Below are positions 1 to 12,125 of a stretch of 64,000 nucleotides of DNA, piece after piece. A model generated the notes under the pieces. That model was not told where the DNA came from. It ran no database searches and saw only the letters and a program-made list of their open reading frames with translations. The DNA lies in the NCBI RefSeq assembly GCF_006345805.1, contig NC_042997.1, forward strand, positions 57,164,001-57,228,000, given 5' to 3'. The position numbers and the translations under genes are program-made. Each line of letters starts with the position of its first letter. The first letter of the stretch is position 1. The stretch comes from Octopus sinensis. Lineage: Eukaryota.

Positions 1-56
1 GGCAGGGAGAGAAATAAGACATGAAATATATAGTTTTATGTAAGAAGAAAACTTAC

Positions 57-105
57 CTCTTTCTTCAAAACTCCACTTGGGCAATCTTTCATGAAATCCC
101 TATAC
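57..105 (-). CDS. Internal coding exon of a neuronal calcium sensor family (NCS-1/frequenin/neurocalcin-like) EF-hand protein gene
   Basis: Minus strand reads cttcttttacag|G TAT AGG GAT TTC ATG AAA GAT TGC CCA AGT GGA GTT TTG AAG AAA GAG|gtaagt, i.e. (W)YRDFMKDCPSGVLKKE. This matches the NCS-family motif WYKGFxKDCPSG (cryptic EF1). Splice sites are canonical; the exon is 49 nt and starts in phase 2. Confidence 0.88.
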
Positions 106-504
106 CTGTAAAAGAAGTAAATTATTAAACAGAGAATCACTATCAATAAAATAACTTTCAAAGATTAAAATAAACATGACAGCAGAATTATTACTAATCT
201 TATTTACTGACTAATAATTTGCTGAAACCATAACAATTTGATATCACAATATTTGACTATTTTTATCTTTCTTTTCATTTTTTTTATCTAATTATTTACC
301 TTTCTTATAATCAAAGATACATTTTCATTATGAACAGTATAAACTGTTGGAAAAAGTTTTCTGCCAAACATTGATTAACTTTTTAATATATTTATAGCAA
401 GCTAATCATGTTCACTGTCAACTTTTCTACTCAGTAATCAGTCTGCACGTATGAATTGTACATTGGTTAACAAAGTTGATTTGCCAGATTTATTTAAAAT
501 AGGA

Positions 505-962
505 ATTGGCATAGGCATTCATTCCACAACCATGTGACTTCAGGTTCAGTCCCACTGTGTCAAACCTTGGGCCAGTGTCTTCTATTATAGCCCAGATCAG
601 AATAAAGCATTGTGAATGGATTTGGTAAAAAAAACAAAAGAAGCCTCTGTGTGTGTGTGTGCATGTGTGTAAGCATCTGTTGTGTCTGTATGTGTGTGAG
701 TGTGAACATGTGGTGTGTGTGTGAGATTTTGTGACATTGTCTTTACATTGCGTGCTAAGTTACCATCAAACAAGCAATTTCTTCCTCTGCAATCTCTCAC
801 AAAAAATTGTCTGTTCATATTTAAAGGACTGTGGGAAATATTACTTTGCTTGGAAAAAGGTGAAGTTTGCTAACAAGAAGAGCATTTGGTCATAAAAATC
901 TGCTTCCATGAATTCTATCTGACCCACATAAGCATGATAAAATGGGCATTAAAATGATGATG
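505..962 (+). mobile_element. tRNA-derived CORE-type SINE copy
   Basis: Head ggttcagtcccactg, CORE-like accttgggccagtgtcttctattatagcc, internal (TG)n, and tail gacccacataagcatgataaaatgggcattaaaatgatgatg. Homologous to other copies in the window. Confidence 0.7.
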
Positions 963-2519
963 TGCACACATCATATATATGCATACACACATATATGGGG
1001 GAAGAGAGGAGGAGAGAGAAAGAGTGCATGTGTGTGAGAGGAAATTAGTGAGAAATAGAAACAGACTTACATGAAAATTTACAATGATTTATGTGCTGAG
1101 GTTAACATTTTATCACTAATAGAGAAAGTTTTTGAACTGTCAACATGATCTATTTTGTAATATATTCATTAATATCTATATTCCAGACAAGTTTATTTAT
1201 TACCATCATCAGGCACAACATTCATTACATTTATATATGTTTATACACGTATTAACAATGGATTTGACTTTATAAAACTCTACTTCATGTAATGATCTCC
1301 ACGATGCAAGCATAGATCAACCCATGTTATTCAAGTCTGAAAAGGATAGTTGAGAAGGTTGTGGCATAGTGGATAAGATCATTGGAATCTCAGATGAAAA
1401 AATGATATCAAGTTGACACCTGTACACAGATAAGAAAAGCATGCCTCTCCACCACCTTCCTGATGAATATACATCAACTTACTCAAAGTAGAATGATTTA
1501 CCAATACCTAACAAACTTGAAGTGAATGTTAGTGAGAAAACTTTCTCCAAAAGAAAAAAATCTATATTCTCAATATTTCAATTGTCATTGTGTTTAGCCC
1601 CGAGTCTGCTAATACTATTAAATAAGATCCAGCTTAGACCATTTCATCTTTAGATGTTGTAAAAGATATATGCAAAATGTTCTTCCTTTTTTTCTTTTTA
1701 AAACAGTAAGGTGTGATTTGAAGATTTTGCTGCTATTTCTAGGAAGTTGAGACTACCTTGGTTGGCTTTTGTACAAATATTTCAATTTATTAAGGTAGAC
1801 ATTGTGTGACAAGAAGAAAACCTTCTCTAAGCAGAGTCTAAATGCATTTTCTCTTTCCAGCTGAAACCATTTCAGTTAAGACACTAATTACCCAGGAAGT
1901 CTTTGAATCCAATATAACCCAATATCAAACAAACAAACCAATACTTCAAGAGACTGATGTCCAGTTTTGTTAAAGCTTTTAGTGCATTGATTCAACTAAA
2001 TTTTAGTTTACGTATACCTGAAGCTATATTAAACTTACAAACTTTATTTGTGAAGGTATACTGTCCTTATCTACAGCAGCAAGCAAATATATGGAAGATA
2101 TTTTATACCAAACTCAGTATATAAAAAAAAAAAAAAATATGTATAACCTATCACCCTCATCCATTAATTTTCAGGTGCTATATTTGATGGTTTTCAAATT
2201 AAAACTTGCTACGCTAATTGTAGTTACTTTAAATATAAACATTCATAATAATTCAAATTATGTGATAGAAGCAGAACAATAGCAAAATAGGACTATCCAC
2301 AACTACTGGAATATCTAATAAATAAATTATATGGAAACAGTATATGCTCTTTCCCTCTTTTCAGAGAAAAGATCTTTAAGCATAAAGAAAACACACACAC
2401 ACACGTGTGTGTGTGTGTGTGTATGTGTGTGTGCGTGTATGTGTGTGTGCGTGTATGTGTGTGTGCGTAAACCCGGAAGCAGTTCTCTACCCTTCAGAAG
2501 AACAATCATCCACATAGAA

Positions 2520-2710
2520 GGCACTTGTGCCAGTGACACATAAGAGAGGCCCACTATATTCTTGGGGTAGTTGGTGTTAAGAAGAGTATCCAGCCATAGA
2601 AACCATGCCAAATAAGACTGGAACCTGGTACAGCTCTCTGGCTTAGCAGTGTTCCAGTCAAACGATCTAACCGATGCCAGCATGGAAAGCAGATGCTAAA
2701 TGATGATAAT
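2520..2710 (+). repeat. RTE LINE 3'-tail fragment
   Basis: Matches the 3' UTR of the RTE copies at 5520-5998 and 63144-63741 (ttggtgttaagaagagtatccagcc...gccagcatggaaagcagatgctaaatgatgat). Confidence 0.7.
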
Positions 2711-2736
2711 GATTATATATATATATATGCATATAT

Positions 2737-3393
2737 ATATATGCATATATACATACATATATGTACATACCTACATATATATGTATATATATATGCATGT
2801 ATGGCTACAGGACATCAAAAAACGTCAACAAAATGAGAAACAAGAACATAAAAAACAAAAACATAGAAAATGCTATTTTTTTGAACAGTGAAAGAAACAA
2901 ATAGAGAAATGAGACAGGCAACATAAAGAACATTCCATTCATCAGTTGTCCCCTGTTTTATCTACTCCGCGTTTCGAAGGTAGGGACAAGATGCAACTAC
3001 ATTAAAACAGTCCTCCCCACAAAGCAAATTAAATAGAATTTGAGAATTTTTTGTGGAGGATTAAAGTGGTAACAAAAGCAAGACAGTAAGAGAAAAACAG
3101 TAAAAACAAACGGTGAGGGCTGTTAAGCCAAGACAATGTGAAGTGGTGAATGCTGGAAAAAAGAGCTTTGAGAAGAGACAGGCAAAAGCACGTCTTGTCT
3201 TTAGGAAAAAAGTGGAAGAAAGAAAGCTGGATAGCCGTTGGTCACATGTGAGCAACAAGAGAGTCAAGGAGGAAGAGTGAGAGAGAGAGAAGGAACGTTT
3301 CTCATTTCTTTTATGTCCTGTACCCATATGTGCATGTATATATACATATATATATGTAGGTATGTACATATATGTATGTATATATGCATATAT
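2737..3393. mobile_element. Non-autonomous foldback/MITE-like element with ~85-bp terminal inverted repeats
   Basis: 2737-2820 (...catacatatatgtacatacctacatatatatg...gctacaggacatcaaaa) is the reverse complement of 3308-3393 (ttttatgtcctgtacccat...atgtaggtatgtacatatatgtatg...). The interior is non-coding. Confidence 0.6.
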
Positions 3394-3404
3394 TTATATA
3401 AGGT

Positions 3405-5998
3405 CTTTAAGGGACAACCTGCTGAGAGCCATGGACCAGATCTGTGGTTGGTGCAAAGTCCCCTCTCGACCCAAAATAACATGGTGGTGGAACAATGTTG
3501 TAGACAGGGCTATTAGAGAAAAGAGACAGGCTTGTAAGGTCTGGAAAAATGGTGGTAGCAGGGAATTGTATCAGACTTCCAAAAGAGAAGCTGGGAGACA
3601 GGTTTATTTAGCCAGAGGGGAAGCAGATAAGAAAAAATTTGCCAATGTTCTGCGCCGTGAGGACCAAAGACTTGAGGTATTCCGTGTTGCAAGACAGTGT
3701 GTGAGAGAGAATCGTGATATGGTAGGAGAGAAATGTGTTCGCATGGATGATGGCTCACTTGCGCTGAATGAGGATGCAAAGAGAGAGGTTTGGAGACACC
3801 ATTATGAAAGGCTGCTAAATAAGGAAAATGAATGGGATAAAGAGAGTCTGCCGAATGTCGACCCAACAGAGGGACCAGCTATCCGAGTTGACAGTTCCTT
3901 AGTAGTTAAGGCAATTAGAAGCATGAAGACAGGGAAAGTCCCAGACCCATCAGGAATTACTGCAGAGATGCTTAAAATATCTGGTAGTGTCGGCTATAGT
4001 CTAGTCACCCGTATAGTTAACCAGGTGATACACGAAGGAGTCATACCCAATGACTGGTGTAGCAGCATAATAGTCAACTGCTATAAAGGTAAAGGTGACG
4101 CTTTAGATACAAATAATTACAGAGGTATCAAGCTATTGGATCAGGTAATGAAGGTTACGGAGAGGGTCATAGCCCAACTGATTAGGGAGAGAGTCAGCTT
4201 GGATGAGATGCAGTTTGGGTTCGTGCCAGGGAAAAGCACCACTGATGCCATATTTCTGGTGAGACAGTTGCAGGAGAAATACCTAGCCAAAGATAGGCCC
4301 CTGTACCTGGCTTTCGTTGACATGGAGAAAGCCTTTGACAGGGTCCCCCGATCCCTTATCTGGTGGTCAATGAGGAAACTAGGGATAGATGAATGGTTAG
4401 TGAGAGCTGTGCAAGCCATGTACAGAGATGCTGTAAGTAAGGTGAGGGTTGGCAATGAGTGCACTAAAGAATTCAGGGTAGAGGTAGGGGTCCACCAAGG
4501 TTCAGTCCTCAGCCCCCTCCTATTTATCATAGTCCTCCAGGCAATAACGGAGGAATTCAAGACAGGATGCCCCTGGGAGCTCCTATATGCTGACGACCTT
4601 GCTCTAATTGCTAAGTCACTATCAGAACTAGAGGCAAAGTTTCAAGTGTGGAGACAAGGATTAGAATCGAAGGGCCTTAAAATCAACCTAGCTAAAACCA
4701 AAGTCCTAATATGTAGGAAGGCAGGCAAATCACAAATGCCTTCAGGTAGATGGCCCTGCTCGATCTGTAGAAAAGGCATAGGTAGAAACTCTATAAGATG
4801 CGCCAAGTGTAAGATATGGACACATAAGAGGTGCAGCAATGTCAAAGGAAGGCTAACTGGGAAGATAGTTTTTGTATGTGGCAGATGCTCAGGAGCAATA
4901 AACACTGAAAATGCTCAGAGACCAACTTCCGCCACATTCCAGGGAGAAAAACTAGAAATTGTTGATAGCTTCCGTTACCTAGGTGACCAAGTCAGTAGCG
5001 GGGGCGGATGTGCTGAAAGCGTAACTGCTAGAGTAAGAATAGCTTGGGCAAAGTTCAGAGAGCTCTTACCTCTGCTGGTGACAAAAGGCCTCTCGCTCAG
5101 AATAAAAGGCAGACTGCATGTGTACGAACAGCCATGCTACATGGCAGTGAAACTTGGGCCGTGACTGCTGAGGATATGCGTAAGCTCGCAAGAAATGAAG
5201 CCAGTATGCTCCGATGGATGTGTAATGTCAGTGTTCATAATCGACAGAGTGTAAGTACCTTGAGAGAAAAGTTGGACCTAAGAAGCATCAGTTGTGGTGT
5301 GTAAAAGAGACGTTTGCGCTGGTAGCGAGAATGGATGAAGATAGTTGTGTGAAAAAGTGCCACACCCTAGAGGATGAGGGAATCTGTGTAAGAGGTAGAC
5401 CCAGGAAAACCTGGGATGAGGTGGTGAAGCACGACCTTTGAACTTTAGGTCTCACTGAGGAAATGACCAGAGACCGAGACCTTTGGAAGTATGCTGTGCA
5501 TGGGAAGACCCGGCAGGACAAGTGAGACCATAACCCGTGGCCTCTACCTGGGACATAGCCAGCTCACTTATGCATACCTTTCATTCTTGTGTCACAAGCC
5601 CTACTTGTGAAGACCTGTTGAGGCAAGTGCAAATCAAAATCAAAATCATTCAACATCAATGGAAATTGTAGCTGTGATACCAGTGCCGGTGGCACATAAG
5701 AGAACCATCCGAATGTGGCCGTTGCCAGCGCCGCCCCGACTGGCCTCCGTGCTGGTGGCACGTAAAAAGCACCATCCAATTGTGGCCATTGCCAGCTTCA
5801 TCTGGCACCTGTGCAGGTGGCACGTAAAAAGCACCCACTACACTCATGGAGTGGTTGGCGTTAGGAAGGGCATCCAGCTGTAGAAACACTGCCAGATCAG
5901 ACTGGGCCTGGCACAGTCTTCTAGCTTCCCAGACCCCAGTTGAACCGTCCAACCCATGCTAGCATGGAAAACGGACGTTAAACGATGATGATGATGAT
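3405..5998 (+). mobile_element. RTE-clade non-LTR retrotransposon, 5'-truncated, ORF2 (RT) with late frameshift and stops
   Basis: ORF 3362-5164 has RT motifs NYRGIKLL, QFGFVPGKSTTD, FVDMEKAFD, GVHQGSVLSPLLF and YADD; its first ~14 aa are microsatellite read-through. There is a 7-nt deletion near 5115 relative to the copy at 60678-63741 and downstream stops. The 3' UTR ends in (GAT)n. Confidence 0.95.
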
Positions 5999-6380
5999 TA
6001 TTATTATATGATCATATGCCATTCATCCATTTTCAAGTAAGTTTTATCTCTCTCTCTCTCTCATATTAAAGGGAAATGCAAACTGATTAAAATTAGTTCG
6101 TATTAACATGAGAGAAGTGGTTTTGTTTGTCTCGTGTGTATATGTTTAACCCTAGGTTGGACCTGCTGAAGAAGATCAGACCTGGTGAGTTCTCCTTGAC
6201 TCGCTAAAAGAATATCAGAAACCAATTGGTCCAGGAAACTAGATGGTAAATGTTTTTCATTTCCAAATTTATTCCTGTTGAATTTTATCCCCAAATTTTG
6301 TGGTTATAGAACCTATCTGTTCATTCTAGTGTGTAGAATCCCTATAAGTGGATTCCTTATGTGTTTAAATATACACTATA

Positions 6381-6886
6381 TCTATATATATAAAACTCTA
6401 GTTGTGTGAGTGTCTGTCCCCTTCGATTTAGATTCCTAACTCCTCCCACATTTTGCGGTGCAGTTTAACCAAATTCGGGTATCTTATAGTCGTGATTCAT
6501 TTCGAGCCCGTCTGACTATTAGCGCACATCAACGATGAGTCTACGATTTTAAAAATAATTTAACATCATTTTTTATTCCATTTTAATGCATAAAATGCAT
6601 CGTGTGTCGATGGCGGCAGAGTTGGCGTCCACGCTCACAGCTGCACCTGTTTGCTTCTCCCCCTTCCCTCCCTCGTGAAGCTGTGGGGAAGGGAGTGTAA
6701 AGAAATCAATGTCGTAATGCGTTGTGAAGGAGACCAGCGTTCTTTTAGAACAACGACTTCATGGCTTGAAGACACCAAAACAAAAATGGCTAAGAAAGCC
6801 CGAATTTATAAGGGAAGTAACTCTCTAAAAATGCTTATATAGTTATTTCCCTTACAAACCCGAGCAACGCCGGGCGATACTGCTAG
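6381..6886 (+). mobile_element. Non-autonomous Helitron
   Basis: 5' end TCTATATATATAAAA follows an A at 6380. The 3' end has hairpin CCCGAGCAACGCCGGG (6859-6874), then CTAG (6883-6886) and T. A|T insertion site with no TSD. Confidence 0.8.
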
Positions 6887-6889
6887 TTG

Positions 6890-6921
<32 letters not shown>

Positions 6922-6964
6922 CACACACAAACACTCATATATATATAATGAACACCACCTTTTC

Positions 6965-7475
6965 TTTTTCATGTAGAATGTGCTGAATATGCATTTGCAG
7001 GGGATCTAATAGCATATTCTGAACGCCTTACTTCCCTGGGCATGGACACATTGAAACTCTGATGTTTGGCAGCTGACTTGGCAGACACCCATAAAATTAT
7101 TAACCATTTTACTAACAATAACTCTGAGTAACTTTTCAAACTCCACCTGTCTAACACCCGTGGACATGTTTACAAAGTCAGAAAACAGCACAGCTCCCAT
7201 GACTTTTGGAAACATTTTTTCACACTAAGAGTTGCTGAAGCATGGAACAGACTGCCGGCATCAGTTGCTAGTGTCAGACCACTGCATCCTTCAAAACTTC
7301 CATGCTTCCTGAGATTCGCCAACACTACACCTGATTTCCTCCCCTCCATACACACACAAGCATGTATCTGACTCATACACTGTTCACTTCCCAGACATTT
7401 GTACATTACTGCATATGCTTTATATGCACTTTTGACAAGTTGTGGTGCACCTGAGCACTGTATACAATAATTTCA
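6965..7475 (+). mobile_element. CR1/L2-group LINE 3' fragment
   Basis: Degenerate translation ...LSNTRGHVYKVRKQHSSHDFWKHFFTLRVAEAWNRLPASV matches the CR1-group C-terminal TRGH...FFxxRVxxxWNxLP motif. Confidence 0.75.
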
Positions 7476-8149
7476 TTATATATTATATATGAATTCTATA
7501 ATTTATTGTACTTTACTTCTTGAACATCTACAAAAGTATACTGAAGATGCCCATATTCAAATTCCAAGAAAAAAAGCATGAAAGTATAGTATAGGTGTAG
7601 TTACAGGAAACATTTGACCTGTGACCTAGTAGTTTGACAAATGGAGAATGATAAAAGATATAACTGGAATCAACGTGATCAACTAAAACTGTTAATGGTA
7701 ATAGACAAGCATAGTTGCAATCCAAACCAGAAAAATAATAAAAGAATATCTATGATATATTTATCAAGTGGAAAGTGAGAGAGTTAGAAGAATAATTCCT
7801 GTCTTAACTGAGTTTGCAGTTTGATTTCAGTTGGAGTCTGGTTCAACTGAAACCACACTACTTCAGCAGAAGTCTGATTCAACCAGGCTGAAAATTCAGT
7901 CCAGTTTCCGACTTGTGAGGAAATAACTTTATTATGATATACAATTGTAACAGAGTGTTGGAGGTGAAATTGTTGGTTGAATTAAAAATAATGAAATTGT
8001 TTCAGTCATGAATATAACATTATGAAAATTCGTTTTGGAAGGAAACAAAATACTTATGCTATTGTAACAGAACCATCATAGAAATACAGCTTGATGAGGT
8101 AATTATCTAAGAAAAAAAATATTTACTAGGTCTTCAAGTTTATCATTTA

Positions 8150-8530
8150 AAAGCAGTTTGAATCAAATGGCATGTAAAAAAACACCATTTGAGCGTGATC
8201 ATTACAAGTGGCACTTGTGCTGGTGGCACTTGAAAAAACATTCTAGCAAGGTCATTGCCAGTGCTGCTGGACTGGCTCCTGTGCAGGTGGCACATAAAAA
8301 AAACACCATTTGAGTGTGGCCATTGCCAGTACCGCTTGACTGGCCCTCGTGCTGGTGGCACGTAAAAGCACCCACTACACTTTCGGAGTGATTGGCGTTA
8401 GGAAGGGCATCAAGCTGTAGAAACTCTGCCAGATCAGATTGGAGTCTGGTGCAGCCATCTGGTTTGCCAGACCTCAGTCAAATCGTCCAAACCATGCTAG
8501 CATGGAAAGCGGACGTTAAACGATGATGAT
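8150..8530 (+). repeat. RTE LINE 3'-tail fragment
   Basis: ggcacgtaaaagcacccactacac...ggcgttaggaagggcatc...catgctagcatggaaagcggacgttaaacgatgatg is near-identical to 5820-5998. Confidence 0.8.
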
Positions 8531-11500
8531 TAGTTCTTGGTTGATTTTTGTATAAATTTCTTTCATATTTTACAATTCAGACACTTGAAAGCTTTATTTT
8601 GTTACATTCCAATTGCTAAACTAGCAACATTATTCTAGTGATTTACAATTCTAAACGATATAAAAATTCTTCAAAAGGAGGAGGATAATGAGGATTTCTT
8701 CTTGGTCTATACTTTTCCCAAGTATATAAAAATGAACAGGTGGATCAAGGGCAGACAATCTTCACTAATAAAATAGTCAGGTTAATCCATGACTACAAAA
8801 AGAGTAATAAAGAAAGATGTGGGAAGGAGAAAGAAAGACAAAAAGGAAGAGGTATGGAAACTACTTCAGAAGCAATAAGCATTAGTTTAGCATAATCCTT
8901 AGATTTTCTCAATATTTAATCTATTAAATTCTAAGAGAATGAAGTGTCTTATAACTCAGTACTCCACATCTATGCTAATACGCTTCAACTAATCTTTGGT
9001 TCTTCACAGTTTCAATACTGTTACTAATCTCTAAATGAACTCATGTTTTCTGTTGCTGTTTTGAATCTTTTATCTGCATTATCACATTGAGAATCTGCAA
9101 CTATCATCTTTCTTTTATAAAGAATAGAGGAAATAAAACTTTCCTGAGCAGCCTTTCTCTAGAATCTTCATTGTTAAGCAAACAGAACGTGTTTTTCACA
9201 GAAAGAGCCATGGGGAGATGTGTGAGTGTGTGTGTGTGTGTGGTGAAAGAGAGAAGAATACACTGATATCTAACTGACTACATGCAAAAATACTATCACG
9301 GAAAGTTGTTTTGGGAAGTTAAATTCCTTGACTCGCCTACATCTATTTTCATAGGTGTATTACTGTTAGCAATATAGGTATTTTTATAGGTATTACTGTT
9401 AGCAGACTATAATTAAAATTTTGCTCTTAACATTATCATCATTGTTATTGTTATTATTTTTGTGTTTACTTTACTATGCTTGCACAGGTTAAATGACTTT
9501 ATAGAGATAAATGTTTTTAAAAGGCTGGAGGCTTTTCTTGTTTCCAAGCAAGGTCTATCAAATGAATCACAACCAAGGCATGTTTTCATGGAAGACTGTA
9601 AATAAACTTACAATCAATGCACAAATATCAAGATAAAATGAATACATATTCATACACACAAGTAGAGAGACACATACACATGCAAAAACACACACAATAA
9701 GCTCCTTCCAGTTTCTGTCAACCAAATTTCACTCACATGGCATTGGTTAATATTGAAGAAGACATCATCCAACAGTATCCATCCAGTAGTTCCAAAAAGA
9801 ACACTTAACCATACAACAATGCCTGCACCATTGTATATGTATGTATATATTTTATCATGATTGACGTACACTGTTGTCATTTGTTACAGATTTCCAATCG
9901 GCGAAGTTGTTCACTACATTTCTAACAGCACGAGAGTCAATGGAGCATCTGTAACTCAGTGTATGACAAATATCACAAGAGACTTCTTATGCAGAGTGCT
10001 GATTTTTCACTTTATTGAATGAACTTATAGATTGAAGAAAGTATTGATTATCATCTACATTTACCGTGTCTTTATGAAAAATTGCTGTTAGGGCATCTTT
10101 AAAAGGTAAGCATCTGATTTTGTGATCTTCAAAGAAAAAGTACATTTCTTTGTACAAAAATTCAGGAGAAAGTTCTACAGAAATATCAATGGCCAATATA
10201 TGAAAAATTCACTTTAGAACCACACCTATATCATGAATGAAAATTTCTGTTTTCTAAAATACTAAAGAATATATTAAAAAGTAAACAATATTGTTGCTGT
10301 TCTTTTAACTACAAGTAATGTACTCAAAATCACAAATAAGTTAAAAAACCAAGATTTTTTTAATGGTCCCTTTATGGTTATGTTTAGCATTGATATACAA
10401 GTACCATATAGATGTAGTTAGTTCATAGCCATTTTATTTGTTGCTGTTTAGCTTTAAGTCAACTCTGATTAAGAAGACCTGTAACCAAAGGCATTCCATC
10501 CATGACATTCCCGTAGTTTTAGAAGTGTCTTCATCTATATTATCTAATTAGCCCTTCCTTTGTTTTAGGGAGTTGAAGATGTTTGGGGAAGGTCAGTGGT
10601 TTGCCTTTATCAGAGTGAATGATCACGTTGAGGTTCTGAGACACTTGATAAGCTAAGTGTTTGTTATAGGCCAGATTCTGGTTGAGTCATTTTACTTCAC
10701 TTATTCTTTGTGTCTGTGATTTCAAGCAGTAGTTATAATACTAGAAATAGCTTGGCTGCATCAAATTGATTTTTCCTTATCATACTTTTAAGTCTTTACT
10801 GATGATCAAATGACCCATTAAGAGTTATAAGACATTTTACTTTTCTCTATAACAATGTAAACAGTACATTTAGCATTCAGAAATATATTCCTTCAATACT
10901 AGACATATACTTCAATAAATAATCAAGAAATTCGTTTAAAATCAAATCTCAAAGAAACAGCTCCAGTGAGTTTGGCAATGTTCTTTATTTCTGAAAAACC
11001 ATTAACAGTTGGCCTAAAAACCCAGTTCTTCTGAATCTAAAACAAGAATCAGGTCATAACCTCTCTAAGTTTCGCTTGAAGGAAACTATCCAAACTTTAG
11101 GATAAGAATTGACATTTCTTGCTTCAAAAGATATTAGAATTTGAAATTTATCAATAATATAATGGAAGATGATGGTTATACAGTTTACTGACGGGCAGCT
11201 AATAGGATTCCTGAAATAACAAAACATGTTAGAAAATCTTCACCTAGATAGAACACCAGTCTGTATCACCATCTTAAGGCATGGGGTCACTGAGCATTTA
11301 CCTCTGACCCCACTGGTGGAGGGGTCCAATACTTATCTATGTATGCTGTGATTTTGCTACCAATAAGTATATGTAGGGGCCCTTGTGCATTGATTTGCTG
11401 CTAAGATATTTCAGCTGGTCTGTCACTCCGAGAAAGTAATTTAACTCAGAATGCAAAACAAATGAATCAGTTGTCAATGTTGACCCAGGTCAACGCCAAT

Positions 11501-11593
11501 CAAGCAGATCTCAGGTGAAAGTTGTTCCAGCCTTTTCTTTCACACAAGCTGAATCTAGAACTATTGTATTTAAAGCATTTTTTGCCTTTTTAA

Positions 11594-11811
11594 CCCTTTT
11601 GTTACCATATTTTTAATGAAATACACAATCTTTTGTTTCAATTAATTTTGAAATTGATGTAGGATTTAGTAAAATAATTTCATTATTAAGCTTTTGTCTT
11701 GAGCATACATTAACATAATATTTTTATGGATGGTTTTAATTTAAATAACTTTAAAGCAAGAGATTTCTATCATAATATCAGAGCAGTCTCAGGTAGATTA
11801 GTATCAAACAG
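11594..11811. mobile_element. piggyBac-type MITE (degenerate)
   Basis: TTAA-CCCTTTTGTTACC at the left end and gtatcaaacag-TTAA at the right end. A homologous copy lies at ~50690-50902. Confidence 0.55.
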
Positions 11812-12125
11812 TTAAGGTTGTGTGATTTTAGGGCTATTTGGTTGGTATTTCTAGCAAGTTGAGTAATTATGTGAAGGCTGTGTCACTGGCTTGATCAGTT
11901 GTACATTTTAGATTGTAGATACTTGCAATAGGTACATGTAACCCTTCCAATACATGTCACAACTAGTGACTAAAAAATCCATCAGTTTACTGGATGAGGA
12001 CATTGTGGACATACAGGTGTAGTAAAAATAAGACCTATTAAAGCATGGATAAGAATCTCAGAGAAACCCACAGTCAATACTATCTAGAAAAATGGGTACT
12101 ATTAGGTTATCTGCCTATTGAAATA

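Noticed and set aside
1483-1507. 25-nt minus-strand segment with ag/gtaagt flanks (xIGKSFYFE)
   Set aside because: The length fits the microexon, but the peptide has no NCS similarity. The segment at 50384-50408 matches the family motif far better.
597-3369. Short ORFs rich in HT/YI/CV dipeptides (also at 13620-14117, 16264-16795, 23743-23931, 52102-52475 and 59826-60119)
   Set aside because: They are translations of (CA)n/(TA)n/(TG)n microsatellites and SINE interiors, not genes.
9890-10196. Exon-like CpG-containing stretch and the 69-aa minus-strand ORF
   Set aside because: There is no recognisable domain and no consistent donor/acceptor pair; the evidence is insufficient.
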